This document shows, piece after piece, positions 42,885 to 54,361 of a stretch of 64,000 nucleotides of DNA. The stretch is from Octopus vulgaris. Its lineage: Eukaryota. The stretch's first letter is position 1. The number at the start of each line of letters is the position of its first letter. Location: positions 12,152,001-12,216,000 of the forward strand of contig OX597835.1 of NCBI GenBank assembly GCA_951406725.2. Direction: 5' to 3'. Under the pieces are notes generated by a model. That model was not told the origin of the DNA, did no database searches, and worked only from the letters and a program-made list of their open reading frames with translations. The position numbers and the translations under genes are program-made.

Positions 42885-42918
<34 letters not shown>

Positions 42919-43874
42919 CATATATATATATATATAATTTTATATATATGTGTATATGTATATAATATATATACATATACTTATATAGATAGATATGCAT
43001 ATATATATATATAATCTCTTGCAAAACAAATACGTGTGTGTGTGTATGTGTGTTTATGTATATATATATGTATGTGTGCATATGTAGACATATATATATG
43101 TACGTGTATATCTATGCATGCATATATGTGTGTGTGCGCGCGTGTGTGTGTATATTGGTATATATATATATATATGCATATACATACGTGCATATATGCG
43201 TGTGTATATTCAAATATACATACATATGTACATGTGTAGACATATGTAGATATAGATATAAGTAGACATATAATACACACACACACACACACACACACAT
43301 ATCTATATACACAATACATACACAGCAATGTTGCAGCCGTATGCTTGATGGAAAAGCCACATTCGCCATGTAACAACGATGATTGATTGACCTGTTAGAA
43401 ATAGCAGCGAAATATTCTACTAATTATATCTGATCGTCTCCAAGAAAGTAATTTAGTGGGTGGATGGGTGGTGGTGGTACCTGCGGTAATGGGGGAATTA
43501 ATGTTCTTATTGACTATTAGATTAGTTTATATTAACTGTCGGTCGGAACCAATGGAAGAAGTGTAACGGGTTTTATATTTGTTTTTGTATTTTGTTAGTA
43601 AAGGAAGTCGAGATTTAAACTGAAAAATCTATATATGTAGACATATATATATATATATGTAGAAATATAAATACACAAAAAGACACACATACACACATAT
43701 CTATATACACAATACATATCTACATAATATATACATACACTGCCTGCACCGCCGTATGCTTGACTGTAAGACACCGATAAAATTCCGCCAATCCAAACCG
43801 TAAATATTGAGGCTAAAGAATTAAATGAAATAATACATTTTATATATATATATGTATATAAATATATACATATA

Positions 43875-44282
43875 GGCGCAGGAGTGGCTGTGTGATAAGT
43901 AGCTTGCTTACCAACCACATGGTTCCGAGTTCACTCCCACTGCATGGCACCTTAGGCAAATGTCTTCTAATATAGCCTCGGGCCGACCAAAGCCTTGTGA
44001 GTGGATTTTGGTAGACGGAAACTGAAGGAAGCCCGCCGTATAAATATATTTGTATATATGTTTGTGTGTCTGTGTTTGTCCCACCCCACCACTACCACCA
44101 CCATCGCTTGACAACCGATGTTGGTGTGTTTACGTCCCCGTAAATTAGTGGTTCGGTTAAAAAAAAAACAGAATAAGTACCATGCTTACAAAGAATAAGT
44201 CCTGGGGTCGATTTGTTCGACTAAAGGTGGTGCTCAAGCATGGCCGCAGTCAAATGACTGAAACAAATAAAAAAAGAAAAGA
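43875..44282 (+). mobile_element. family-B SINE; its 3' half plus flank is duplicated at 45712-46035
   Basis: Match to family B. Shares the downstream flank GAATATATTATTGCCGAA...CTCAGAACACAAAATTT with 45712-46035. Confidence 0.92.
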
Positions 44283-44739
44283 ATATATTATTGCCGAAAA
44301 GATGAAACACAAAGTTAATCTTGGCGAGATTTGAACTCAGAACACAAAATTTCCAAAACAACTTTAACGTAATTCTTTTGAATCACGTTGAAAGTACATG
44401 CATCTCCGTGGAATACTCGGCTACGTCCACGTTAATTCAATGGACAAGAAACTTCAATTGCGCGAGTAGCTTTTTGCCAAAACAACCACATTTAAAAGCC
44501 TTGTTATTCTAAAACTGGAAACATCAGAGTTTTTAAATGGAGGCCAAAGAATTAAAAGAAACAATTCGTCCATTTTATGTATGACGATCGCCATTTCTTC
44601 ACTGAGAATGTTTACGCTATCAAACGTGGATCAAACATCTTTTAAGAAGATAAAATTATTTGAAATGCCTACAGAACGATTGATTACAATACATTCCAAT
44701 ATCTAAATGTATGTTTTATGTCTATAATGTACGCATATT

Positions 44740-44901
44740 GGCGCAGGAGTGGCTGTGTAGTAAGTAGCTTGCTAACCAGCCACATGGTTCCGGGTTCAGT
44801 CCCACTGCGTGGCATCTTGGGCAAGTGTCTTCTGCTATAGCCCCGGGCCGACCAATGCCTTGTGAATGGGTTTGGTAGACGGAAACTGAAAGAAGCCTGT
44901 C

Positions 44902-44959
<58 letters not shown>

Positions 44960-45185
44960 CTGTGTTTGTGTGTCTGTGTTTGTCCCCCTAGCATTGCTTG
45001 ACAAGCGATGCTGGTGTGTTTATGTCCCCCGTCACTTAGCGGTTTGGCAAAAGAGACCGATAGAATAAGTACTGGGCTTACAAAACAATAAGTCCCGGGG
45101 TCGGGTTGCTCGACTAAAGGTGGTGCTCCAGCATGGCCGCAGTCAAATGACTGAAACAAGTAAAAGAGTAAAAGAGTAAAGAGTA
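44740..45185 (+). mobile_element. family-B SINE, full length
   Basis: Match to other family-B copies. Confidence 0.94.
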
Positions 45186-46039
45186 TATGTTTAAAATATG
45201 GCTTTGTGGAAGTTATGCGACATCGTAACTCTGTTACCGTTAAAATCTATAACTTTTTGCAGGTTAAAGATAATAACGATGTGTGTGCGTGTATGTGTGT
45301 GTGTCTGTGGCTGTGTGTGTGTCTGTGGCTGTGTGTCTGTGGCTGTGTGTCTGTCTGTGTGTTCGGCATGTAAGCACATATATATATACACTATGTTTTC
45401 TTTTATTATGCAGATCAATCATTCCACAGTAAAATCCGATTTTCTTGAAATTTTTACGGGTTACGTAGGACTGTGTATTCCATGTCACGCGTACTTTTCG
45501 ACCAAATCGATGTATATTTAAAGCAGAAATGAAGAAAACCACGTTTATGGGGTGTTTCTTTTTATTGTGCAAGTTAACACATGCAAGCGACATCTAATGT
45601 GATTTCCATATAGAACAATACATAACCAACCAGACCATTAATATATATACGCCTATCTTCCACCGTATAATTATATTTACAAACAATTATGTACATATTT
45701 TACATCTTTATATATATATGTTTGTGTGTCTGTGTTTGTCCGACCCCACCACTACCACCACCATCGCTTGACAACCGATGACATCGCTTGACAACCACTG
45801 GTTGTTCGTTTACGTCCCCGTAAATTAGCGGTTCGGTAAAAAAAAAAAAGCAGAATAAGTACCACGCTTACAAAGAATAAGTCCTGGGGTCTATTTGTTC
45901 GACTAAAGGCGGTGCTCAAGCATGGCCGCAGTCAAATGACTGAAACAAATAAAAAAAAGAAAAGAATATATTATTGCCGAAGAGATGAAACACGAAGTTA
46001 ATCTTGGCGAGATTTGAACTCAGAACACAAAATTTACCA

Positions 46040-46940
46040 CCCAAACTTTAAATATTCTCTCTTCAACTGATTTTGTCAAATTCTCAACAATCTTACTTTT
46101 GATATTTCTTGCAGCAGTTTTTATTGCTTCCCATGGTTATTCCTTGTTTGGATATTGTTTACCATTAGAATATCTCTAAAGACTCCGCCGGTTACGACGA
46201 CGAGGGTCCCAGCTGATACGATCAACGGAACAGCTTGCTCGTGAAATTAACGTGCAAATGGCTGAGCATTCCACAGACACGTGTACCCTTAACGTAGTTC
46301 TCGGGGATAATCAGCGTGACACAGAGAGTGACAAGGCTGACCCTTTGAAATACAAGTACAACTCATTTTTGCCAGCTGAGTGGACTGGAGCAACGTGAAA
46401 TAAAGTGTCTTGCTCAAGGACACAACGCGTCGCCGGGAATCGAACTCACAACCTTACGATCATGAGCCGAATGCTCTAACCACTAAGCCACGCGCCCTCA
46501 CCCATTAGAATATACATCTTTTCAAATAACTGACCACAAATTCTCTATTGGGTTTAGATCTGGCGATTGGCGGGGGTGGGTTCATTCCATTGTCATATAT
46601 TCTTTGAAACTTTTATTAGCTAAATGGTTAATAGTACGTTTAGCAGAGTGTGAAGCGGCGTTATCACGCATAAATACGTTCTTTAACTTGAAACTTCGCG
46701 ATGTTGACTTGTACCAAATGGAAGAATTTGTCATCTAAAAACTTGCAATAATTTCCAGCGTTTATTTTGATTCCATCAGCAACCTTAAATTGGCCTGTAA
46801 TGTCTCCTCCAACTATACCAGCCCAAAACATGATTCCTACACTACCATGTGTTGGTTGACGCCTTCCATGTAACACCCAGCCTCTTTCCCATCCATTAGG
46901 TCCATCTAATGTTGCACTGCACTCGTCAGTAAAAATAAGT
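46040..46940 (-). pseudogene. Tc1-family (DD34E-type) transposase remnant
   Basis: FTDECSATLDGPNGW...IMFWAGIVG...DNAASHSAK...SPDLNPIENLW...WEAIKTAA. Frameshifted and interrupted by a SINE. Confidence 0.9.
46174..46501 (-). mobile_element. family-D SINE (tRNA + CORE-like head, family-C tail), 12-bp TSD
   Basis: Head GGGCGCGTGGCTTAGTGGTTAGAGC..GTTCGATTCCC..GTGTCCTTGAGCAAGACACTT, with a tail homologous to family C. TSD CCATTAGAATAT at 46162-46173 and 46502-46513. Confidence 0.93.
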
Positions 46941-46999
46941 AGTTTCGGTATGGAAAGGAACCATATTCGGAAAAAACTTATACAAGTCTTATATATAAT

Positions 47000-47086
47000 T
47001 ATAACAATAATTAAGGGTTTAGCAACGAGTTGCTAAACCACTTCGGTATGTGGTTTAGCAACTCGTTGCTAAACCCTTAATTATTG

Positions 47087-47091
<5 letters not shown>
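47000..47091. repeat. perfect 42-bp inverted repeat with nested palindromes
   Basis: Arms 47000-47041 and 47050-47091 with an 8-nt loop. Confidence 0.95.
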
Positions 47092-47118
<27 letters not shown>

Positions 47119-47122
<4 letters not shown>

Positions 47123-47405
47123 CTACATTTCGGGACGGTCGTCTTTTTTCTTGTCAAATAAACACACGCACTGTATATTCGTTCTTCACTTATTTATTAT
47201 TCGTCTTATTTTATCTTACGTCCATTGTCAGGAGGAGACACGTACGATGGAAGAGTGGCAGAAGAGGTCACAGGCGCGTGATGAAATATTTCCAGACAAT
47301 GAACATAAGATAAAATAAAACAAATAATAAATGAGTGAAGACTGAATATATAGTGCGTGTGTTTATTTGGCAAGAAGAAAATGACCGTCCCGATATGTAG
47401 CAATA
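47119..47405. mobile_element. MITE/foldback element, ~100-110 bp arms, TA flanks
   Basis: TATTGCTACATTTCGGGACGGTC... versus ...GACCGTCCCGATATGTAGCAATA. Confidence 0.85.
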
Positions 47406-47503
47406 TCTGCTTCAACACACGACTTCACATCAGGTATCTTGCAAAACAAATACATAAACGTGCATATATATATATACACACACACACACATATATATATA
47501 TAT

Positions 47504-47977
47504 GTAAATTTCGGTACTTAGTTGTGCCATTTATTTACTAATTTGTGTATTTTTCCCTCACGGGCTACTTTTTACTGGAAGGCAATACTTTGTATTGCAT
47601 TACTGATATTTTGAAACTTCTTCACCGTTTCTCGTAGTTAGCGTTCCGTATTTCAGTCGAGTGTGTTAGTATTAATGTGGTAACATCGTAGATTTCGTCT
47701 TGGTATATGTTTGGCTGAAGAAGGTAAAGCAAAATATTGGTGAGAGACATATCTTGCAAAACCTGAAACCTGCAGGCACCACATTATCCATTTTCCGGGT
47801 GTTTCATCTTTCAGATGTTCTCCCTGGAGGTAAGACGGTTTTTTTTCTCTATTTTGTTGCACACACGCATTTTTGCTAATACATACGCGGTGAAGCTACA
47901 CATTAGCGTCGTATTTTTACGTTCGCTATTTCCAGTAAATTTCGGTACTTAGTTGTGCCATTTATTTACTAATTTGT
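47504..47977 (+). mobile_element. retrozyme/pLTR-like unit (431 bp) with 43-bp terminal direct repeats, inside (TA)n
   Basis: GTAAATTTCGGTACTTAGTTGTGCCATTTATTTACTAATTTGT at 47504-47546 and 47935-47977, with an internal hammerhead. Confidence 0.85.
47712..47781 (+). ncRNA. type-I hammerhead ribozyme, U16.1C lesion
   Basis: TGG-CTGAAGA-AGGT..GCAAAATAT/ATATCTTGC..ACCT-GAAA-CCTGCAGG-CA-CCA. Confidence 0.8.
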
Positions 47978-48066
47978 ATATATATATATATATATATATA
48001 AATCTCGTGTACATTAAAACACATTAAGAGGCTTCCAAGTAGGAAAGCCTTGTGCTAGAAAGAGCA

Positions 48067-48136
<70 letters not shown>

Positions 48137-48146
48137 ACGTATTCAC

Positions 48147-48183
<37 letters not shown>

Positions 48184-48489
48184 CTAATTTTATTGTATTT
48201 TATAGTAGTTTTTTTAACTGTTTATATTATTTCATTGGATATAACTTTCTATGTGTATTCCATACAATAAGGTTACCCTGAAATAGAAGTTGCGGTTCTA
48301 TTGGTAAAATCTCAAATTTGTAATAATACATATATATATACATATACGTAAAGTATACTAGCCATCTCAATATGGCTAACCACTAAGGGTGGGTGTTACT
48401 CCTGGAGCTAAAAGCTACTGTAACACCCACCCACGTTGTCTAGCGGTTACTGCTTACGCCTCGTTCAGAGATTTATTATTGCTATATAC

Positions 48490-48569
<80 letters not shown>

Positions 48570-48611
48570 GTATATATGTATTATGTATGGGTGTTTATCT
48601 AGATATATATG

Positions 48612-48800
48612 TCTTAATATATAAAACTGAGTTTGTGTGTGTGTGTGTGAGTATGCATGCTTTTTTGTGACCACCGACATACACACATCTAAAGACAGAG
48701 ACACACACAGTGCTATCCACAAGTTTTCAACAGCCATTATTGCGTTTCTTATGAAAAAAGTGAATGACCGCCCTTCAAATGGAAAAGCCGCCATACTTTA
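48612..48800 (+). mobile_element. possible Helitron 5' end
   Basis: TCTTAATATATAAAACTGAGTTTGTGTGTG resembles invertebrate Helitron 5' termini. No 3' CTAG end was located. Confidence 0.35.
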
Positions 48801-48944
48801 TATTAATCACTGTGTTTGTTCTTTCTTATGTCGCAAGTGGGGGAGGGCGGACTTGGGGACCGGTTAAAGAATGTGTCGAAGAAGTAAATATGAACGTATC
48901 AGAGAATTGTAACGTAGAATGATAAAAGAAAGAGGTGAAACTGG

Positions 48945-49265
48945 TATGGAAGAAGAAGAGGAGGAGGAGGAGGAGGAGGAGGAAGAAGAAGAAGAAGAAG
49001 AAGAAGAAGAAGAAGATGAAGATGAAGATGAAGAAGAAGAAGAAGAAGAAGATGAAGATGAAGAATTGGAAGAGGAAGAAGAAGAAGAATTGGAAGAGGT
49101 AGAAGAAGAAGAATTGGAAGAGGTAGAAGAAGAAGGATTGGAAGAAGAAGAAGAAGAAGAAGAAGAAGAAGAAGAAGAAGAAAAAGAAGAAGAAGAAGAA
49201 GAAGAAGAAGAAGAAGAAGAAGAAGAAGAAGAAGAAAGAAGAAGAAGAAGAAGACGAAGAAGAAT
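48945..49265. repeat. (GAA)/(GAG)n array
   Basis: Direct reading. Confidence 0.97.
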
Positions 49266-50091
49266 GTGATAATGGGATTTTTCTTTATTCTTCTTATCTC
49301 TTAAGAACAATTTAAAATGTCGTATACTTGTTTTTATGAGGTTCTAAGGTCATGGTTTCCGGCATTTCTAAAGATAATCGAGTTTTTCGCATCAAATTTC
49401 AAATAACATAAATGTTTGCTGTGTTTATTTTCTATTCCTTTGATTTCTGATGATAATATTCATAGAAAATATATTCTGAATGGGAAAATATGTAATTGTA
49501 TAACATGAATAATAGTAATTGCCTTCATTATTAAATCTATTTTTTATATTAAAAGAGAAAGTAGATAACCTACATGCGTCTTACAACCTAAGTGACCTGT
49601 GTACAAACGTTATATTACAATTGATGGCGGAATATATTTTCGAAAGATTTCAACAAATAAAATACACCGTTTTTTTTTCTTCTTTCTGAAATTGATGATG
49701 ACGACGATGATGATCATGATTGCGTGGAGTTTAATAGAGGTTAAAGTTAACTTTCTACTGATTTGTGTGTGTTCAAATTTAGCTTTACGAGACATTGTTA
49801 AAGATTTATCACGCTACTTATGCTTTTGAGGCAAAATTTGAAAGTTTGTAATTGTTAATGAAATATTTGCAAACTTTTATTAATTTTTTTAAAAGTATGA
49901 ATTTTAATACGATATATATGATTCTTCAAATTTAATTTCGAGCTCAAAGATAATGGCCTTATATGCAGAATTAAAAAAGGTATATATTTAAAATGTGGTG
50001 TTAATAAATGAACGATCAAAAAAGAGAACTTAAGGGGAACAATTTTTAACAAATAATATATTAGTTAACGTTTTAATGGAAAGAGAAAACT

Positions 50092-50128
50092 GCTGAACGT
50101 TTCGGACATTAATCCTTCATCGGAGGAA
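50092..50128 (-). ncRNA. minimal hammerhead-like motif, U4C variant
   Basis: Minus strand CCGATGA-A-GGA(TTAATG)TCC-GAAA-CG-TT, with a pyrimidine-rich leader upstream. Stem I is weak. Confidence 0.55.
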
Positions 50129-50409
50129 AAACAAAAGCTTACAGGGAGTGAAAAGGGGAATTAGTCAGCGAGAGTGAGAGGGGGGAGGAGAAAGAAACAA
50201 ATAATAGGTTAGAACCCAGGTGGGAGTGCAGTTAAATGTTGGTGTATATTTGTAATATATCTTTAATTATAAGTTATTTAAATATATCGATATCTTGACA
50301 TTATTCGGGTACAAAATCAGTGTTTAATTTTCTGAGAGTGTTGTCATCTTATTCAAGAAATAGAGCAACGTCCTTTAGCCCAACTTCAAATATTTACTAA
50401 CATGTACAA

Positions 50410-50570
50410 AGCGTAGGATATGTGGAAAGGAGTTTACATCTCAACAACATGGTTCCGGGTTCAGTCCCACTGCGCGACACCTTGAGCAAGAGTCTTCTAC
50501 TATAGCCTCGGACCGACCAAAGCCTTGTTAGTAGATTTAGTAGACGGAAACTGAAAGCCCGTCGTATGCA

Positions 50571-50622
<52 letters not shown>

Positions 50623-50800
50623 TGTGTGTGTGTGTGTGTGTGACTTTGTGTCTGTGTTTGTTTCCCACTACCACTTGACAACTTGTGTAGGTGTGTTTAC
50701 GTCGCCATATCCTAGCTGTTCAGCATCAAGAGACCGATCGAGTAAGTAGCTGGCTTTAACAAAATAAGTCCTGGGGTCGATTCGTTCGACTAAAATTCCT
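50410..50800 (+). mobile_element. older family-B SINE with internal (TGCG)n
   Basis: Diverged match to family B. Confidence 0.85.
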
Positions 50801-51435
50801 CAACGAGCGCGCAAACACACACAATCACAGACGCATACACATCATATAGAAAATGTGACGTGGTGGTATAAAATTTTGTTTACTATAGTTGACTTATAGA
50901 AAGATTATAATCTTAAAATTTTGTAATTCAAATATATAAATGAAAGTAAAGTTTATTTGGTAGCCGAAAATGCCTCAGCATCACCACACGCTAACGACTG
51001 AAACGAACAAAACATAAAAGGTAGACATAAGATGCACACACAAAAGTTGCTGGTTGAGTTTCCACCCAACAAGAAGACACAGACATAGATGCATGCGACG
51101 GTCAACAAAAGTTTCGAATTTAAACACAAAAGAATCTAAATCGTCGCATTTCAGAAACAGAGCATATTTATGCCTCCAAAGTCTTATGAATTATTTCGCT
51201 GACAAAGTAAATATGATTTCCTAATCAATGTAATTCACATAATTTCCCTTACGCTGTATTTTGTAATAATGTAATCATTCACGCATAAAATCTATTATGT
51301 TTACAAATTATCTGAATTATATAATTGTAAAATAAATGTTCGTTACACACAGTGCGATGCCAAAGAAAACGGACGGTGATTCTTCTTCCGTTCAGTAGAC
51401 ACTATCAGCTCAAAAGTTACCCCGTTGATATATAT

Positions 51436-51466
<31 letters not shown>

Positions 51467-51751
51467 CGTGCGTGTGTGTGTATGTGTGTGTGTGTGTGTG
51501 CGCTTGTATAGAGAGAGGGATATATGTATATATATTATATATACTGATATACACACATTTATATGAATGTATCATATAGTTTATATATAATAAATGTATA
51601 TTATTATGTATACATATATGTCTATATATATATACATACATATACATATATATACAAGCATACATATGTATAACTATATAAATATAAGCATACATATGTA
51701 TAATATATATATACATATTTATATAAATTCATATATATATATATATATATA

Positions 51752-51815
<64 letters not shown>

Positions 51816-52532
51816 TTATATATGTATATATATACATATATACATATATGTATATATATATATATACATATATATACATATATATATATACATATACATA
51901 ATATATATGCACACACACACACACAGAGTGAGAGGGTCTGTCCTGTAGTTTATATTAGTTCTCCATACGTTTTACACTTATCCAACCATTCCAAATCTAA
52001 TTATATATCTTATGTCTTATGTATACATTATACACAATAAAAACAAATGGACGTCCGTCGCTTTCGACGATTAGTCTTTCAGTAATTCGGTGTAAATGTC
52101 AGAGTGTTACACAAACAAATGTCAATGAACGTGTTCTGTTTGCGCATGACAGCACACATTGATTACATAAATTTATATAAATTTATGCCGCAAGCACATT
52201 TGAGTTAATAATCCTTTAATTACGTTGCATTAATTAAACTAATTGTAATTATACTAATTGCACTAATTGGTTAAAAATTATTAGCAGCTAACTTGTTTCT
52301 CTGTAAAACTCGATGTCTACTGATCGACAGACTTGGTTAGACTGCACTAAGCTGATGAGGTTTAATATACCATAATGTATCTATAGTTCGTCCTAAACCA
52401 GGACTGCCATGTTATGTTGGCAAACAATCTTTACCCTGGAGTACTGTGGCTGAATATCTCTCGTTGAGAGATTTACAAATAGTAATTTTCTATTTTATAC
52501 ATGAGTGACAGATTTGCAGTTTCCACCTACAT

Positions 52533-52916
52533 GGAAGCACTCCGTCGGTTACGACGATGAGGGTTCCGGTTGATCCGAATCAACGGAACAGCCTGCTCGT
52601 GAAATTAACGTGTAAGTAGCTGAGCACTCCACAGACACGTGCACCCTTAACGTAGTTCTCGAGGATATTCAGCGTGACATAGAGAGTGACAAGGCCGGCC
52701 CCTTGAAATACAGGTACAACAGAAACAGGAAGTAAGAGTGAGAGAAAGTTGTGGTGAAAGAGTACAGCAAGGATCACCACCATCCCCTGCCGGAGCCTCG
52801 TGGAGCTTTTAGGTGTTTTCGCTCAATAAACACTCACAACGCCCGGTCTGGGAATCGAAACCGCGATCCTATGACCGCGAGTCCGCTGCCCTAACCACTG
52901 GGCCATTGCGCCTCCT
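52533..52916 (-). mobile_element. family-C SINE, full length, 15-bp TSD
   Basis: TSD AGTTTCCACCTACAT at 52518-52532 and 52917-52931. Confidence 0.96.
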
Positions 52917-52991
52917 AGTTTCCACCTACATGCTTTTACTAACAGGATTTGGGTCAAACCAAGGCATTGGTATACGGTATTTGTATAAAAA

Positions 52992-53225
52992 GGAGGCGAG
53001 GTGGCAGAAACGTTAGCACGCCGGGCGAAATGCGTAGCCGTATTTCGTCTGCCGTTACGTTCTGAGTTCAAATTCCGCCGAGGTCGACTTTGCCTTTCAT
53101 CCTTTCGGGGTCGATAAATTAAGTACCAGTTACGCACTGGGGTCGATGTAATTGACTTAATCCCTTTGTCTGTCCTTGTTTGTTCACTCTATGTTTAGCC
53201 CCTTGTGGGTAGTAAAGAAATAGGT
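52992..53225 (+). mobile_element. family-A SINE
   Basis: Match to the copy at 11049. Confidence 0.93.
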
Positions 53226-53427
53226 TATTTTTTTGCGATCATATAGGGACGGAGGTCAGTCCCACGACCATTTGATTGCGAAGTGAACGTCGTTACCACT
53301 AGGCTACGCCGTGGAACCCAAAAGGTCACTAAAATGTAAGCCTAAAGACTTAAGGAACTTGTTTTCCTTTTCTTTTTGCTTTTTCCTTTTCCCATCTTTT
53401 CCCTTTACACCTATTTACATTCCTCTA

Positions 53428-53512
53428 AATCATTCTGACGATGTTTGTTAAATTGAACGAGATAAATGCAATTTTATCTCGATTTGATAAACAGAAACAG
53501 CCGTAAATGGTT
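53428..53512 (+). ncRNA. type-I hammerhead ribozyme with intact core and long stem II
   Basis: AATCATT-CTGACGA-TGTTTGTTAAAT..CGAGATAAA/TTTATCTCG-ATTTGATAAACA-GAAA-CAGCCG-TA-AATGGTT. Confidence 0.85.
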
Positions 53513-53750
53513 CTAAACTACAATTAAACTGTAACTTTTTAAAACCAATGATCAACTTCGCATTGTTAATTATTGCTCCATTTCTTTTCTTTTCTATATA
53601 TATTAAACTATGGTTTTACCTTTAAATTACCAACTACTGTATACAAGGACTATACATAGTGAGGTAATACACCAGTAGTATCTACATTTATCCCTTGGAT
53701 GGTTGAATAACCTCTAACACATTGTGCTATGTGTGTGTATGTGCGTGTGT

Positions 53751-54131
53751 CTTGGTGGTAAAATGCGAATTAGCCACCCATATGATTTATAATTTTCACT
53801 TTTACCATTTATGAAATCAGCGTTCGATTTCAACGGAAATCTTATAAGCTGACAAGGCGAGGTGAGCTTAACTCTAGGCGCGGTGAGAGCCACTGATGAG
53901 CGTTAAGATGCGTTAAGCATCAGAATGCAAAATCATCGATGATCTGGCCCTATCTGCGACCGTAGGGAGATTGTCTCCCTTGTCAGCTCATTAAGATAGT
54001 GCTTTTTGTGGCTATTGAGTTATTTTGACTCTTATTTCTAGCAATACTGTGCTCATTAGGGCCCTTTTTCACTTTAGTGACGTATATATTTCTGCCTTGA
54101 GGTTGTAAAATTGCGAATTATCAACCCATAT
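53751..54131 (+). mobile_element. retrozyme/pLTR-like unit (~347 bp) with imperfect terminal direct repeats
   Basis: CTTGGTGGTAAAATGCGAATTAGCCACCCATAT (53751-53783) versus CTTGAGGTTGTAAAATTGCGAATTATCAACCCATAT (54096-54131). Contains an internal hammerhead and ends in (TA)n. Confidence 0.8.
53889..53948 (+). ncRNA. type-I hammerhead ribozyme, G12A lesion
   Basis: GCCA-CTGATGA-GCGTT.GATGC/GCATC.AATGC-AAAA-TCATCGATGA-TC-TGGC. Confidence 0.8.
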
Positions 54132-54167
54132 TATATATATATAATTAGCCACCCATATTGTGTATGC

Positions 54168-54206
<39 letters not shown>

Positions 54207-54217
54207 ATTAGCCACCC

Positions 54218-54309
<92 letters not shown>

Positions 54310-54318
54310 ATTAGCCAC

Positions 54319-54361
<43 letters not shown>

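Noticed and set aside
52352-52390. CTGATGA-GGT..ACC motif; also minus-strand CTGAAA-GAC..GTC-GAAA at 52060-52083
   Set aside because: The first lacks GAAA and the second has an incomplete core. Both are compatible with chance.
19813-52783. Recurrent peptide MVVIPAVLFHHNFLSLLLP...
   Set aside because: Translation of family-C SINE copies, not a gene family.
54143-54324. CRISPR-like repeat-spacer pattern
   Set aside because: The spacers are (TA)n, the repeat is 16 nt, the context is eukaryotic, and there are no cas genes.
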